Shown here: one piece after another, positions 28,232-41,942 of the stretch
Position numbering within the stretch: position 1 is the first letter of the stretch
Layout of the letters: every line of letters begins with the position of its first letter
NCBI GenBank assembly: GCA_051362555.1
Contig: CM120647.1
Coordinates: forward strand, 15,724,651 to 15,788,650
Source of the DNA: Lingula anatina
Lineage: Eukaryota > Animalia > Brachiopoda
Direction of reading: 5' to 3'
DNA length: 64,000 bases
Translations under genes and position numbers: made by a program
Notes under the pieces: model-generated
What the model was told of the DNA's origin: nothing
Database searches by the model: none
The model's input: the letters and a program-made list of their open reading frames with translations, nothing else

Positions 28232-28720
28232 CTCAGGTAATTGCTGCTATTACCGCCATGCCTAAATCGGTGACAAAATCTTCCTCATCAGACCTGTAAG
28301 TAAAAACAAAAAAATCTGAACGTTCTGCAAGAACAGCTGGAGTATACCTGTAGTCTATATTGTTGTGAATTAATATCTTTTTAAAAAAAACCGAATTCGA
28401 AGTCTTAATTCTCAACCGACAAAATTCTTCGCGCAAACTTTGGATGCTATCAAACTATCATATTAAGTTGGTTTTTCAGACAGAAACTCTCCGAAACCAC
28501 TACATGCACAAACATCGAAATTGAAGAATATTTTTTGACAAAGGTTCAAAAATAAATAGGTTTCTCAAAATCGAAATACTAACCGTATCGAGCACTTGCG
28601 GCATGGGTTGGGGCACATGGTGCAGATGAGATAGAATCAGCCCCCGAATGGTCTGGACTGACTCTGTCAAGGTAGAATGGGACGATAAAACATAAAACAG
28701 GTTTGTGAAAGGTTTTTATA
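28232..28720 (-). pseudogene. Relic two-exon minus-strand transcription unit (pseudogene or lncRNA) repeated in the array
   Basis: Minus strand: TATAAAAA (28720-28713), exon ending at 28584 with donor GTTAGT, acceptor TTTTTTGTTTTTACTTACAG, exon 28293-28232, donor GTATGC. Homologues at about 18390-19056, 38123-38186 (second exon only), 43328-43838 and 54860-55329. Confidence 0.5.
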
Positions 28721-29256
28721 CGCGTACTGGAGTGCAGTACCAGTTGTGAGAGATAATTACAGTAAGCGGTAGTAAACATTCGTGCAATTGGACACGTGTC
28801 TTGATGCTAATTGTGTGCAAATATGATGAATTGGGTGGTTTCTTTGCAGTTTTATGGACATGTTTTTACCTCTATGGCAATCACTGTAGAATGGGCTAAG
28901 GTGTACATATTTAAAATCTGAATAAATGATAAATATATGGGCGTCTACTCCGGTGCCTCTTTCTCTGTGCCGTAAGTCATGTTAGATATGAACTGGAATA
29001 AACAGGAATACATATAACAATTTACAGACAGGATGTTATGATTCATAAAATAAACAAAGAAATCTTGGGTGTGACAGCCTTTTGATTAAGAGTACATTAT
29101 AGCAATCGCGTATTTTTGCCTTAAATTGTCTAATGGATGGTCTCTCCTTAAAATGGCGACGCGTACTGCTAAGTTCTCTAGTAAAATGTATACGGTAAAC
29201 AAGGGATGTAGTTGTGTATATTTGACACAGCTAAGGATGTTCTCTCCCTGTACCCG

Positions 29257-29257
29257 T

Positions 29258-29297
<40 letters not shown>

Positions 29298-29364
29298 ACA
29301 CACACCTGTCTTTCTCTCTCTCGCAATCAAACATGCACTTTTCTTTTCCTCCAATCTCTCTCTC

Positions 29365-29410
<46 letters not shown>

Positions 29411-29454
29411 CTGTATTTCTCTCTCTCTCGCCCGCAAGCGTGCACCTTTGTTTT

Positions 29455-29494
<40 letters not shown>

Positions 29495-29540
29495 CACACA
29501 CACACACACACGCACACGCACACACACACACACACACACA
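29257..29540. repeat. Compound (CT)n/(CA)n microsatellite; homologous tracts at about 44345-44590 and 55860-56100
   Basis: Read directly; lies at the same position in the duplicated intergenic unit. Confidence 0.9.
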
Positions 29541-30056
29541 GGCCAATGTGCCTCATATATGGATGTCGTGACAGTGTATACCTGGACATGGTCCTTGCAA
29601 ATTTAAATTGCGGTCTACTTTATAGGGCGGTGACGTTAATTTACACAATAATCACCTGAACAGGCAACACTAAATACATGCACATAAAATAATACAAATG
29701 ACGTCAAACAACTGAATTATAGCATTATAAATTTTATTAACGGACGAAAAACCCATCCTATTGTCTCGCCCATATGCCATATACAATGAAAATTTTATAT
29801 TTGGCTTATGAATCTGCCTGTCGCATCATTTAAGAGTACTATTTATTTTAGAGCACTATTCTATTTCATTTTATTGATCATAAATTTGTATTTACGTCTA
29901 GTGTAAGCTCAATTTCATTTAAGACCATATTGTTTAAAATATGATGGCATATAGTCAGAAGGAATTTTTATTTTATTTTTTTACACCACTGACCCCTGCC
30001 AAAAGGATACGCCGAAACAATAATATATTCTAAAATACCGCATTAATTATTTTGAA

Positions 30057-30240
30057 ATTAACAATTGTAATGTCTCTTGACAGCCATAGAGACATCATCA
30101 GTAATAGAATAACGCGCATAAATAACGTAAATATTAACATTCTTCTTACTTGAATATGTCGAGAGGAGGATAAAAGAGATGAGACGCCCCGTTAGACTAT
30201 CACACTGCTTCCTGACCGTGGACGGGTTCACAGCTGAAAG
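30057..30240 (+). promoter_or_regulatory. Promoter and non-coding exon 1 of copy 3
   Basis: GATAAAAG at 30169, TCACACT at 30200, donor at 30241. Confidence 0.7.
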
Positions 30241-30840
30241 GTAAGGAGCAATAGTTAGACTTGAACACTTGAGGCCTCTACCAGATATTTAAATTTACTG
30301 GGAAGTTCTCAATAGATGTTCTGTTTTAAAGATATAGAGGGTTAAGGGAAATAAAGTGTTTCTGTCCATTATTGATAAGGATATCGGTGTAAGGGGACAT
30401 GTTTTTAGAAGATTGGATTGTGTTTTTACCTGTGATGAAAAAAATGTTAACATGATCTGATTTGATCTAAGCGCATATTCTGTACGCAATTAATAATGCT
30501 GATTTAAATAGAGAATGAGGAATGCTTCAAATCCAAGGTGTCCGTTTGGAAATCTTTTTTATTTATTTCTTTATAGTATGAGTACAATATTTCAGATAAT
30601 ATCAATGCAGCAGGTTTATTGCCTACCTATATTAAATAAAGTATTATTTGGATATTTGGGTTTTATTATTGGCGTTTCAGTTAAGTTGAAAAATAAAATT
30701 CAAATATTTTCCATACAAGCAGTCAGTTTTACAGGAAAGCAGATGGATTTTTGACAATAGATTTTATAAATTTTCTTTAGAAAATGGACGAAATCATAGT
30801 TTCACCTTCAGCGAAGACTGGGTAACATCTAAATATTTTA

Positions 30841-30895
<55 letters not shown>

Positions 30896-30961
30896 TGATT
30901 TTTGGTTGGTTGATTGTTTGTTTGCCTATTTGTTTTTTTTTTTTTTTTTTTTCAGATCGCA

Positions 30962-33900
30962 ATGAAGATCGTACTTCTGTGTCTAGCGCTGGTAGGCGCC
31001 ACATATGCTCAATCTCACTTAACGAGGGGTAGGTACCAGTTGGCAAAAGTCGCTTCCGCCCTGCGATCGATCATTTAAACGAGCAGACCACCTTTTCATG
31101 CTCTAAGTAATGGAATGATACAGTTAATGAAGCCATATAAAGATATTCTGTTTTTTTTTTTTAATAATTATTATTTTATTTCAATTCATTTTAGAGGAAG
31201 CAAGGAGCCGATGCCTGGTTGACAAACCGAACGTGTCACAAGGTGTCGCCTACGTCGCAGATCTCGATTGCGCATTTTACTGGCAGTGTGACTTCGCCTA
31301 TACCTTACTGAAAAATGTCACCCTAAAACAGTGCGCCATCGGATCGTTATGGGCCTCCATGGCGTATCCAGCACCCCCACCGGTGGGCGAAGAAGCCGTT
31401 GTTTGTGTCAGCTGCGAGTTACAGCCCGACCCTGAATGTCGTAGGAAGTACCTCCCCCTCGGGACGTTGCCACAGTGCCCAGTGTGTATGTATCATATCA
31501 GGTTACACTATTTCATAGTACCTACCAGTGTCACAAGGAGAATTGTTTTCATTATTCGCTCACGGAGATATCTCTGCCTATTCAGTGCCATTTTTTTAGT
31601 ATTTTTAGCCAAAAAAAAAAAAATAATAGATAAAAATTACAAATGAAAAAACCGGCATTAAAACTCTGGTGTTTGGTAAGGAAAACATTCAAACCACTGA
31701 CAACAAAAAAGGACTTCCGTGAACTTTCTTTTTATTATTATTATTATAATTATTTTTTAAGATAAAATAATTGTGATGACTTTTTAAGATAAATAGTTTT
31801 TAAAAGAAAAAAGGATAACGCACTTTAGCTTTATTTGGGTTTCCTTATAGCTTTTGAAACATATCGTTTAATTTGATTATTATCACATTTTGTCTTGGTG
31901 GAGGTTCAAGGTGTAGTGTGTTTTATCTATATTATATTATATTATATTATATTATATTATATTATATTATATTATATTATATTATATTATATTATATTAT
32001 ATTATATTTCAGATACAACGCCTCCACCAACTACAACGGAAGCACCACCACCCCTTGGAGATAGTAAGTTATTTCAATTATCAGTTCATGAAGTAATAAG
32101 TTCAGGTACATATATAGTCATTAAGTGGGTATTTATATATGGGTATTTATTTGTCTGATATAGATACAAGCGCACAACTCTTTTATTCTAAGGGGTACAG
32201 CATCTTTCAGATGAAGATAAACTTACAGTTTTGGTCTTTAGATTTATTTCCAAAAATCTACGCTGATACTCAAGTGAATCAATATCCGGAAAGCTTATAT
32301 TGAGAGCTTTGAAACATTGCCATGTGGGACAAGGATGGTAGTTCTAGGATTGGAAGTCCGAGGTTCCATATGATAAGTACAGAAAAGGTTTGTCGGAGTA
32401 TTGGTGTTAGTATATGGGACGAATGTCACCTAGCTGGCAATGTTATGGGGAACGGACTACGGTCCCTATTGGACTACTATGCCTGTCACACCTGCGCCTT
32501 GATAACTCTAAATTTTGTCCGTGACGTCTCGTAAGAATCTAACTGAGGAACTTCTCCCCCCCCCCTTCTGTTTGATACTAATTCAATGTATTAGTGTTAT
32601 GCATACCCGGTACATGGTGTCTGTAAGTATAGGCGGATTATTTTTCAATTTTTAAAAGTGATATATCCTTAATTTCAGAGAAGTGTACACTCATGCCTCA
32701 GAAATTGGCATACCAAGAAATTATAGGGGAAGAAAGCAAAGTATGGTACCTGAACGCGAATCAAACTGTTGACTGTGGACATCTTATCTTTAACTTTGAC
32801 AAATGTATTTGTGACGGAAAGCGTAAGTTCTATAAATTTGTATTTCAACGAGTAATAAATTGATTAAGGATATACAGTAGTATTATCAATATTGGAGCAT
32901 AACTACCTTTACAGTTTTTCATTTTAAGGGAGGGGGGACAGCAAAGAATTGGAACTGGTATTCATTTAACATTAAACACTATTCAAAATACACAAATATC
33001 AGATTGTTGTTATCGGAATTGCATCATGAACATTGTATCTCTATTTTTCACAAAATTTGATAAAATTTGAAGATATTCACCTCATTAAAAGGGAAAGAAG
33101 AAAATTTTATCTGAATTCATGTCTCCTAATATTAAAAAAATCTTATTGTGTTGCGTTGGAGAAATTGCTTTGAATCGCTTTCTTGTTTAGTTTGAATTAA
33201 ACTCTGCGTCATTTGTTCGGATGATTAATAGCTGAAGAAGTGAATTGAAGGTATATAAAGATTGATGTGTGATTTCATAAAAAAATTGGTCATTTTCTCC
33301 ATGTTTTCATATGTGTTATTTCTACTATCATTTCAGCTGAGTTCCCAGGTCGGTGGAATTTTGATGTGAACTTGAACTCGGACAACAACAGAATTTACGC
33401 CGCCAACGAACCAGTGGGCACAGTAGGTTTGTCGGTACTAGAGCCAGGATGCGCCGAGTTTAACGGATCAGGTAAAAAGATATCTCTATTTATTTATTTA
33501 GATATCATTTTGTTCATATAATTATTAGTGACAGGTTTAGCTCGTTACTAATCAACTAATTTATTTATTTATTTTACTACTTGAACTATATTATACTATG
33601 CTATATTATAGTCCTTGTACAAATATAGTATACCTATTTTGACCTTTGCATTGATTTTCAATCCAACCCTTTACTACACTTTGGTTTTTCTTTTCAAGGC
33701 GGACTTCAAATTCCATACTTTAAAAACATGCGTCCTAGGTCGAGCTGGGTATCTGCTGTTGTGATACACAGAGATGGGTCCCAGAATGCCGTAATCCTGT
33801 ACGAGTGCTTTTCCATCTTCATCAACGGTGATGAAGTCTCAGCGTCTGTAGTAGTCCAGAACCCCTTGGGCGAGCAGCAGACTCTGTCTGTCTCAGTTAC

Positions 33901-35496
33901 TGTACGTTTATTTAAATATTTTATTTATTGAATTGTGTTATATGTTTTTGTTGTTCCTTTTACAATTTTAATCATTTAATTAGCAAAGTTGTAATTATAT
34001 GTAATGCAGACGCGATCTTTTCAACTTTGTCACGGTTGGGACTTTACAATCTCAGACCAGGAGTCATAATTTCATGGGAGTACATTTATTTCAGTTAGTC
34101 ACTGGTAGCGCAAAAAAAGCATTATGAACACCATCAAAACATTGCGTACACGCATATATTAAACAATAAATAATTAGGTAAATAAAGAGATGATTAAACC
34201 TCCTAGGTAAATCACTGATTTAGTAATTAATAGAAAACTGTGCATTAGTACGGTGTGTATTATTTCAGGCACCACCAGCTGGATATGCACTCGTGATCTT
34301 GAGATGGGACGGTAAAGTCTTAACTCTTACCCTAATTGACGATGGCATCGTGTACCAGGACTCTGCTCAAGTACTAGAAGGTAAATAAGCTTTAACAATT
34401 CAGTTATAACTCAAAAGTGATATCTAATTAATTAGTGAAGCTGCTCAAATACTAAGAAATTGCTCATAATAACAATACTAATAATAATAATAATAATAAA
34501 TATTTTCTGCTCTGTGGGTATGCTGCTAACGAAGCCTCATATATGTCATACACCCCATTCTCATAGATTAGATCGACCTACATTGGATCGACCTAACTCC
34601 CTGGGGGTTCACGCTAAATAGCTGTCAGCCGGGCGGACACGAAAGTTAATTACCCCTTAAAGCTTGTAGTAGGCGGGGACGGACACTTAAGGGGGGTTAT
34701 CTGACAGTAATCTAGTGAGACTCCCCGCGGTGATAGATCGATCTAAAAGTTGTGAGAACAGAGCCATATACGTTTCAACATGTTATTTCAGATCCCGACA
34801 ACGATTTTATATGGTCTATCGTTTGTTTACCACAACAACCTCTAATGGTCGGTTACGTGCCATCAGATTACAACAAGCCAGGTCTCCCAGGAAGCTATTC
34901 TGGCAACATTTGTCTGGTGAGTATACACTAGTACTGGCAATTAAGTCACTTTTAGACCCTTAATTGGTTTTGCTAAGGAATGGCGGGTGTAGGGTAGAAA
35001 CGTAGATCAAAACTTTCCGCGGGCGAATCGAGATAAAATACAACAGTGACGAGTTTTTTTATTTATTTATTATTATTTTTATTATTTTATTTGTATATTC
35101 TTCAAAGGTTAAAGGGTAACATCTCTTCATATGTGATGTGACTCGCATTATTACAATAAATGCATGTACTTTAAAAAAATAAACTATGAACTATTGTCGA
35201 AACTGATTCATTAATTGTTGGAAGGTATTGCGCATTGCGTTATCAGGAAAATATTTGTTTTTTTTTTTTTTTTTTTTTGCAACAACGAACAATTCCTGAA
35301 AGGAGTTTGATAATTTGCACAAACCCAACTAAAGCCGATGAATAAATCCAAATATAAACAGTAGGATATGCACATGTTTACTTTTATTTAACATGTATTT
35401 ATTTGTTTTCAGCTCTACTTTACCGACAAATTGTATGATAATGATGATGATGTAGAGGCCGATATCCTCCTTGATTACATTGGACCGCAGTGGTAA
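30962..35496 (+). CDS. Copy 3: Pif/LamG3-like secreted chitin-binding + LamG protein, 403 aa
   Basis: Coding exons 30962-31028, 31195-31485, 32013-32063, 32679-32822, 33337-33471, 33699-33901, 34269-34380, 34792-34916, 35413-35496 (1212 nt, open frame). Acidic tail YDNDDDVEADILLDY. Exon 1 ends at 30240; AATAAA at 35764. Confidence 0.88.
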
Positions 35497-35965
35497 TTAT
35501 TGGTGGCTATCGGCGATGACGACAGACCCTAGCAAAGCGAGAAGCGGTGATAATCTCGTTCCGCGGAAAGAACATCTATTTATAATAGGACTCATAAGTT
35601 CCAATGATGATTTTTAATAATCGGATGTAGAACTGGATTCCTGAAAAAAACGCGGTCGTGTTTGACACGTTTCTTGTTGCTGGAAAGATCTTTTCAATTA
35701 TGATGTCTTAACTTTTGAACTTAGTACAATAGACATAACAGCCTGTGTTAAACGCAGATTGTGAATAAACTTTAGAAGCATTTCAAAATGTATTTTGAAT
35801 TGTTTATTGTTTATTAATTATTTTTGTGCAGTGTGTGTTTAAGAGATAGAGGGAGAAAGAGAGAAAAAACAGAGAGTGAGAGAAAAATCTAGTTGTTTAA
35901 AAAATTGCTCGTTTCCATCAATTTCCTTTTCATGTATTCAATACGTGTGTGTGTGTGTGTGTGTT

Positions 35966-35997
<32 letters not shown>

Positions 35998-36907
35998 GTT
36001 GGCTTTGTTCGGCGGCACCCACCCCAGTAGATTCAGAACCAATTTGTTTTTGTTGATGTCGTCTAATAGGGGAAATTCCAGTCATCCAATGAATATTTCA
36101 GATATTTCATCCAGCTTTTCCACTGCCAATACAATACTTTGTTTTCTCGTAAAAGTACAAAATTATTTCTAATTGGATATGTGAAGAAGTGGAAAAACAG
36201 AATTAAGAATTGCGAACAGTTAATGTACGTAAATAGAAAACCTGTATGTACACTCTAAACAATATTATAAAATTCGTCATCCACAAGCTGCAGGAACGGT
36301 CTTCTTTATTAATACACTGATGCTGAAAATTTTGTACACTTTTATTTATAATTATTTTTTTCAATTTTCGCAAAATTCGCACAGTAGCTGTGTGCGTTTT
36401 ATGGTGTAACCCTGTAGTTTTTACTTGCAGACTTTGCCATATAATACCCTGTTCCTGAAGACCCTGCCATATCTTACGCCGTGCTTTGTTCCTGCAATAA
36501 CATTTCAATTTTTTCATCCAACTTTTCCACTGCCATCTCCATATCTCGCTTTTCCGTAAAATTACCACCCATTTCTAAGATGAAATAAAACAAATGTGAA
36601 CAAAACAGCAATGTTCTGTGATAGATAACGCAACCTAAACTCAAACTGATACTGAAAACTAATAATAATTACACCATGCCTTGCATCTCCTGGTCACCTG
36701 CAGACTATGACATGAGCGATAACTATTTGTCAAATTGAGTAAAATATACCTATGGCTATAGCACTTACACGTCTGGGTTTGCCATATGAAACACATTTTA
36801 AGGCCATCTTAGATTTTAAAATGGCAATTGAAAGATCGAGTATTAATTACATCTAAATACAAAAACGATCAGGTTTCCCTGGCCCGTTAGTTGAAACTGT
36901 GAACATA

Positions 36908-37443
36908 CGAGGGTTGATTGATAAGTAATGAGCCTCGTGTGGAAGGGGTTAAGCAGGGATATCCCTTTTCAGCCCTTCTATTCTCTGACTATTTAAAGGT
37001 GTGTAGCCGAAGTTTGGTGTAATTTGGTTAGTTTATGTCGACGAGGTAGCACTCTCAAATAAGCAAGGCAAGTGACTTTTGCAAAATGCCCCTGCTCACA
37101 AGTCTGTCGTTGCCATGGCTGCAATCAACGAGTGTGGCTTTGAACTGATAGAACATCCACCTTATTCGCCTGATCTTGCTCCCTCTGACTATTATCTATT
37201 TCCCAAATTGAAAAAGGCCATTTCAGGTACTCACTTTGTGTCAGATGATGACGTCATACGTGAAGTGGAGGGGTTTCTGAACGGCCAAGAGAAGGGCTTC
37301 TATAAAAGTGGCATAGAGGCTCTCAAAACTCGCTGGCAAAAGTGTATAGATACTCAAGGAGACTATGTTGAAAAATAAAGAAAAATACTTGTAAAATGTG
37401 TACCCCTTCTATATGAGGCTCACTACTCATCAATCAACCCCCG
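36908..37443 (+). mobile_element. Internally deleted mariner (DD34D) element, 536 bp
   Basis: 29-bp TIRs (CGAGGGTTGATTGATAAGTAATGAGCCTC; 3 mismatches on the right), TA on both sides. ORF 37079-37378 encodes the transposase C-terminus NAPAHKS...HPPYSPDLAPSDYYLFPKLK...RWQKCI...GDYVEK. Confidence 0.93.
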
Positions 37444-39663
37444 TATCGCTTCTCACCCCATACCTAAACAAGAAGCAATGTTTCAAATTTCTGTTGAAAA
37501 ATGACGAGCTTGAGGCTGTGAATATTATTGGGCTTTCATATGAGAAAAGACGTTGATTAATTAATCACGCAAACGAAGTAAAAAAAACAACAATGTACAG
37601 AATTTGCTTACAATGAATGGGACAGGGATTGTCATTGGAACAGCTGATGTTCCTCCCTCCAGCCGTTCACCGGTGATTTCAGAGGGGGTTTTAGCATAAA
37701 AGACCAAAATTCACTTGAATTTAGTGAATACTCAATGCATTTTACCTTTTTACTTTAAATAAATTAGCTTGGAATATTTATCATACCCTTTATTGATGTT
37801 TTCCTTTTACTTTTAAATTAATCTTTCTATCTATCTATCAGTTGATGTAGGCCTATTCAGAATAAATCAAATAATCTTCATAACTTGACATGTCAATATG
37901 TCTTTTTCCAACCCCTGTTTGTAAGCACACATAAAACCAGCTAAGTTGTTAATTAAAATGAGGAGTTACTCAAGGGCCACTTGAAACGAGCCTAGCTGTA
38001 ATATTGCACAAGCACTTGCCTCCCCTGCCCCAAGCTTTGCGTGCATAAACCCCACAGCAATGTGGGAGCTCAAGTTAGCAACTTAAAGAAAGTTATCGGA
38101 TAAAAGGCAACCAGAATCATGCCTCTAGGTAATTGCTCCTATTTATGGCTTGCCAAAGCCAGTAACAAAATCTTCCTCATCAAGACCTGTAAGTTAAGAG
38201 ACTTATCGCTGTACAGCTAAATTATAATCTTTTCTGTTCAGGTATTAAAAGTGAATTATCTTTGAAGACCCAACATATCAATTCACAACGTAATAATAAA
38301 TTATTAGCGCAAAGTTTGGATTCTATAACAAAAGAATTAAGAACGTTTTAAATGAATCAACCAATAAGGAGGTACTTGTAGAGATTCCATACACATTTAA
38401 ATTGCGCTCTTCTTTTTAGGGCGTATGATAATTACACAATAAACAACTGGCCAGACTTGTGCATTTATAATAAGCGTCAAAAATTTGAATTATAGCATAA
38501 TAAATTCAATATGTAATATAGAACACACAATTTCACATTTGTTTAGTGAAATCTGCCTGTCGCAATACATTTCGTTTGAGCACGCATTTTCATATTTAAT
38601 ATATCATCAATTAATACTGCAGTGTGTACTGTATAACGAGGTTAGTAATGATTTACGGGGAAAAAAATAACTGATTCACGTATTTTAATTTTCTCTACAT
38701 GAACATTTTAGGGCATAACATTTAAGATATGATATGATTTTTAAACACCATTGACTCCTGATTGTTCATCTGCTAGTATATGCCCAAATGAAAAAGATAT
38801 TTTTGGAAGATACTGTATTAATTACTTTGGAATTAACGACTGGAAGTGGTGTCAACCGCCCTTGTTTGTCTTTTGACAGCCATAGAGACATCATCAGCGA
38901 TTGAATAACGCGCATAAATATTGTGAATATTAACATTCTTCTTACTTGAATAAGTCGGAGAGGAGGATAAAAGAGTTGAGACGCCCCGTGTCACACTGCT
39001 TCCTGACCGTGGACGGGTTCACAGCTGAAAGTTAAGGAGGAATAGTTGGTGTAGTCAACTTGAGGTGTCGACCAGAATGTTATCTATTTTGAGGTTTACA
39101 CTCTATTTCTTAAGATGCAAGTGAATGGGGAGTTGAAGGAGTTAAGGGGGTTAAGTCGATACTGTCCTCTACTGGTTAGGAACCGGTGTGCGGGAACATT
39201 TATATAGCCTGGACAATATGTCCTCACTAGTAAAGAAAGAGACAATTAACATGGTCTGATATCATTTGAGTTGGTATTCAGTTCATTACGAGGATGAAAA
39301 AGAGAGTGATGAATACTGCAAATTTAATGCATAACTTTGACAGCCTTTCACATGATCTTTTTAGTATGAGTACATGTATACGATATTTAAATACTTTGAT
39401 TGCTGAATAAAATCAAATAAAATTCGTTTTCTGAGAAGACAGGAAAACCATTAAATAATAAATGACATTGTTTTCAGATCACAATGAAGATCATATTCGT
39501 GTGCCTGGCGCAGGTGGGCGCCACATACGCTCAACCTAATTTATCGAGAGGTAAATTTTGGGGAACTAGCTGGCAAAAGCCGTTTTCGCTTAAAAATTGA
39601 TCATCAAAACGAGCAGAACGCTTTTTCATGCTACCAAGTAATATTATAATACAGTCAATGAAG

Positions 39664-39730
<67 letters not shown>

Positions 39731-39734
<4 letters not shown>

Positions 39735-41387
39735 CTTGACATTTAATATGGAATATTTCAATTTTGAGGGTACGCCTAGGTAGAAATGCGTTCTTTTTTC
39801 AAAAAACTGCGATCTCATATAAGGCATGTGAATGGAAAAGTGTGTAGTCAGGTGTGTCGCTTCCAATTAACAGAATACCAGGTTTGTTACGCTGCTGCAT
39901 TATGTAATATGCAGTAATTTAATTGGGTAGTGCTCCTTTGGGCAGGTCAAAGCTTGGCTTTGGCAAAGCATGCTTCTGTCAAAAAAGTATCCATATGTCG
40001 GCAACTACTGCATAGAAGAATTTGAAATTTTGCATGCAAGTGGTCGGTTTTACAGTGTGTAAAATGAGTTATGCAGTGCTTTACAAATTTGTTAATCTGT
40101 GGCAAAATGGCGCGAAAAAGAAAGACATTGCCAGACAGTTAATTGCGCCAAACGAAACGGTCCATACAGTTTTATAGTGTAATGCCCAGACTGATGTACC
40201 TACATAGAGGCCACACCCAATGTATTAAAATCTTACCACCAGAGTAAAGGACCCACTGATTTTCAGGATATGGTGTTGCAACTAAACAAAAACCACCCAG
40301 TCCGTTCAGAATGAGGGGTAAATTGCCACCAAAACGCATTTTTCAAGGCCCTTAGCGAACACCAAACTGGTTTTAGCAGGTTAGAATACCAGACGACCTC
40401 CGAGGAACCTACTGTAAACAGCAAAACATCGTTGTATGTTTCTCTAATGAATTGGGGACCCTGACCGTTTCTGGGATGAACAATAAAACCTCGTGGCTTT
40501 CTTTATTGAGGTCAGATTTCACCTGTACCGCTCAACTAATCAAAACAGAGTTTACAGACATCCAGAAGAGGCCAACGACGAAGTGTGTGCCGCGTTTAAA
40601 GTGACTTAGGTCATTAACAGCGTCAGTATTTGAAGTGGATACCACATTGGTGCCAAAACACCAATGGGAGTCATCGACGAAAACCTGAACCAGATTAAAT
40701 AAAGGAATAATCTGGGAACCACTTGACTATCATTTGATAGGGGGCACCCTAGGAACAATTTTAGGTTGTACGGTGAGATTGCCGGTTCACATAGAGCACT
40801 TTTAATAACAGATTACTTAGAGAACCAAGGGAATGAACAGCTACCTTGGTCATCAAAACCGCCATATTTGAACCACGTAGACAATATGTGGGTAGGCCAT
40901 CACTCGCCAAATGAATGGCCTACATGTCCTACAACAAAACTGGACCAAATTGGACAGATTTTGACCCATCCCTGGAATGTTATTCCAGATTTAACTCTAA
41001 AAACCTATCCCTAGGAATGCCTTGCCAATTGAGAGCACTGGAAGCAGCCAGAAGAGGTCAGACGTAACAGCGACTGTTACTGTGACTAGACACTGACATG
41101 AGGGTCCTTTGTGGAGCGTGTAACTCTTTTACAGACAATAATTTGGAAAATATGGAGATCCAAAATATCTCTTTAAAGGTTGTCGTATGAAGTAGAAAAG
41201 ACAATGTGTTTTTGTTTGCTTCTCTGGCGAATTCTATTAATGAACTGATGTCACAATGACATCAAAGAGATAATTAAAAGTTATTAGAACACGATTTTAA
41301 TCCTTATTTTCATTTATCAGACAGCAAAATAGGTAAAAACTGATGAAAAATGATTTGGAAAAAAAATATTCCATATTAAATGTCAAG

Positions 41388-41391
<4 letters not shown>
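39731..41391 (+). mobile_element. Same Tc1-like element, insertion B (opposite orientation), intron 2 of pseudogene copy 4
   Basis: Same TIRs, reverse complement of insertion A along its length, long (TA)n on both sides; remnant LPWSSKPPYLNHVDNMW on the + strand. Confidence 0.9.
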
Positions 41392-41466
<75 letters not shown>

Positions 41467-41834
41467 TTTTTTTTTTTTTTTTTTTTTTAATTTCCAGAGG
41501 AAGCCGAGAAACGATGCCTGGTTGACAAACCGGACGTCTCACAAGGTGTCGCCTACGTCACAGATCTCGATTGCGCATTTTACTGGCAGTGCGACTTCGC
41601 TAACGTCCTCCTGAAAAATGTCACCCTAAAACAATGCGCTATCGGATCGTTATGGGCATCCTTGGCATATGTAGGAACCCCACCAGCACCGGGCCAGGAA
41701 CCCGTGTCAACTGTGAGAATCAGCCCGATCCTGAATGTCGAGCGAAGTACCTCCCCCTTGGGACGAAACCACAGTGCCCCTTGCGTATGTATCACTTTGT
41801 GCTATATGTTTATATCACAAAGAGAAATGGTTTC

Positions 41835-41942
41835 TACTGAAACCGACTGGTGTCATATTTAAAAAAAAATATCTCGTAATTTTGAGGTAGTATTTTGAAG
41901 TTTCGAGATATTTTTTTAACATGACACCATTCGGCTTCCGTA
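41835..41942. mobile_element. Palindromic MITE-like insertion in intron 3 of copy 4
   Basis: TACTGAAACCGACTGGTGTCAT...ATGACACCATTCGGCTTCCGTA imperfect inverted ends with TA termini; not seen in the other copies. Confidence 0.55.

Noticed and set aside
29086-29659. Long ORFs of 116-177 aa on both strands (also 44290-44722 and 55790-56227)
   Set aside because: They are translations of (CT)n/(CA)n microsatellites (SLSL, HTHT, CVCV, RERE).
35597-35645. ATGATGA...CTGA in the 3' UTR as a C/D snoRNA or SECIS element
   Set aside because: The C-to-D distance is too short, CTGA is missing in copies 1 and 2, the location is exonic, and no gene model needs an in-frame TGA.
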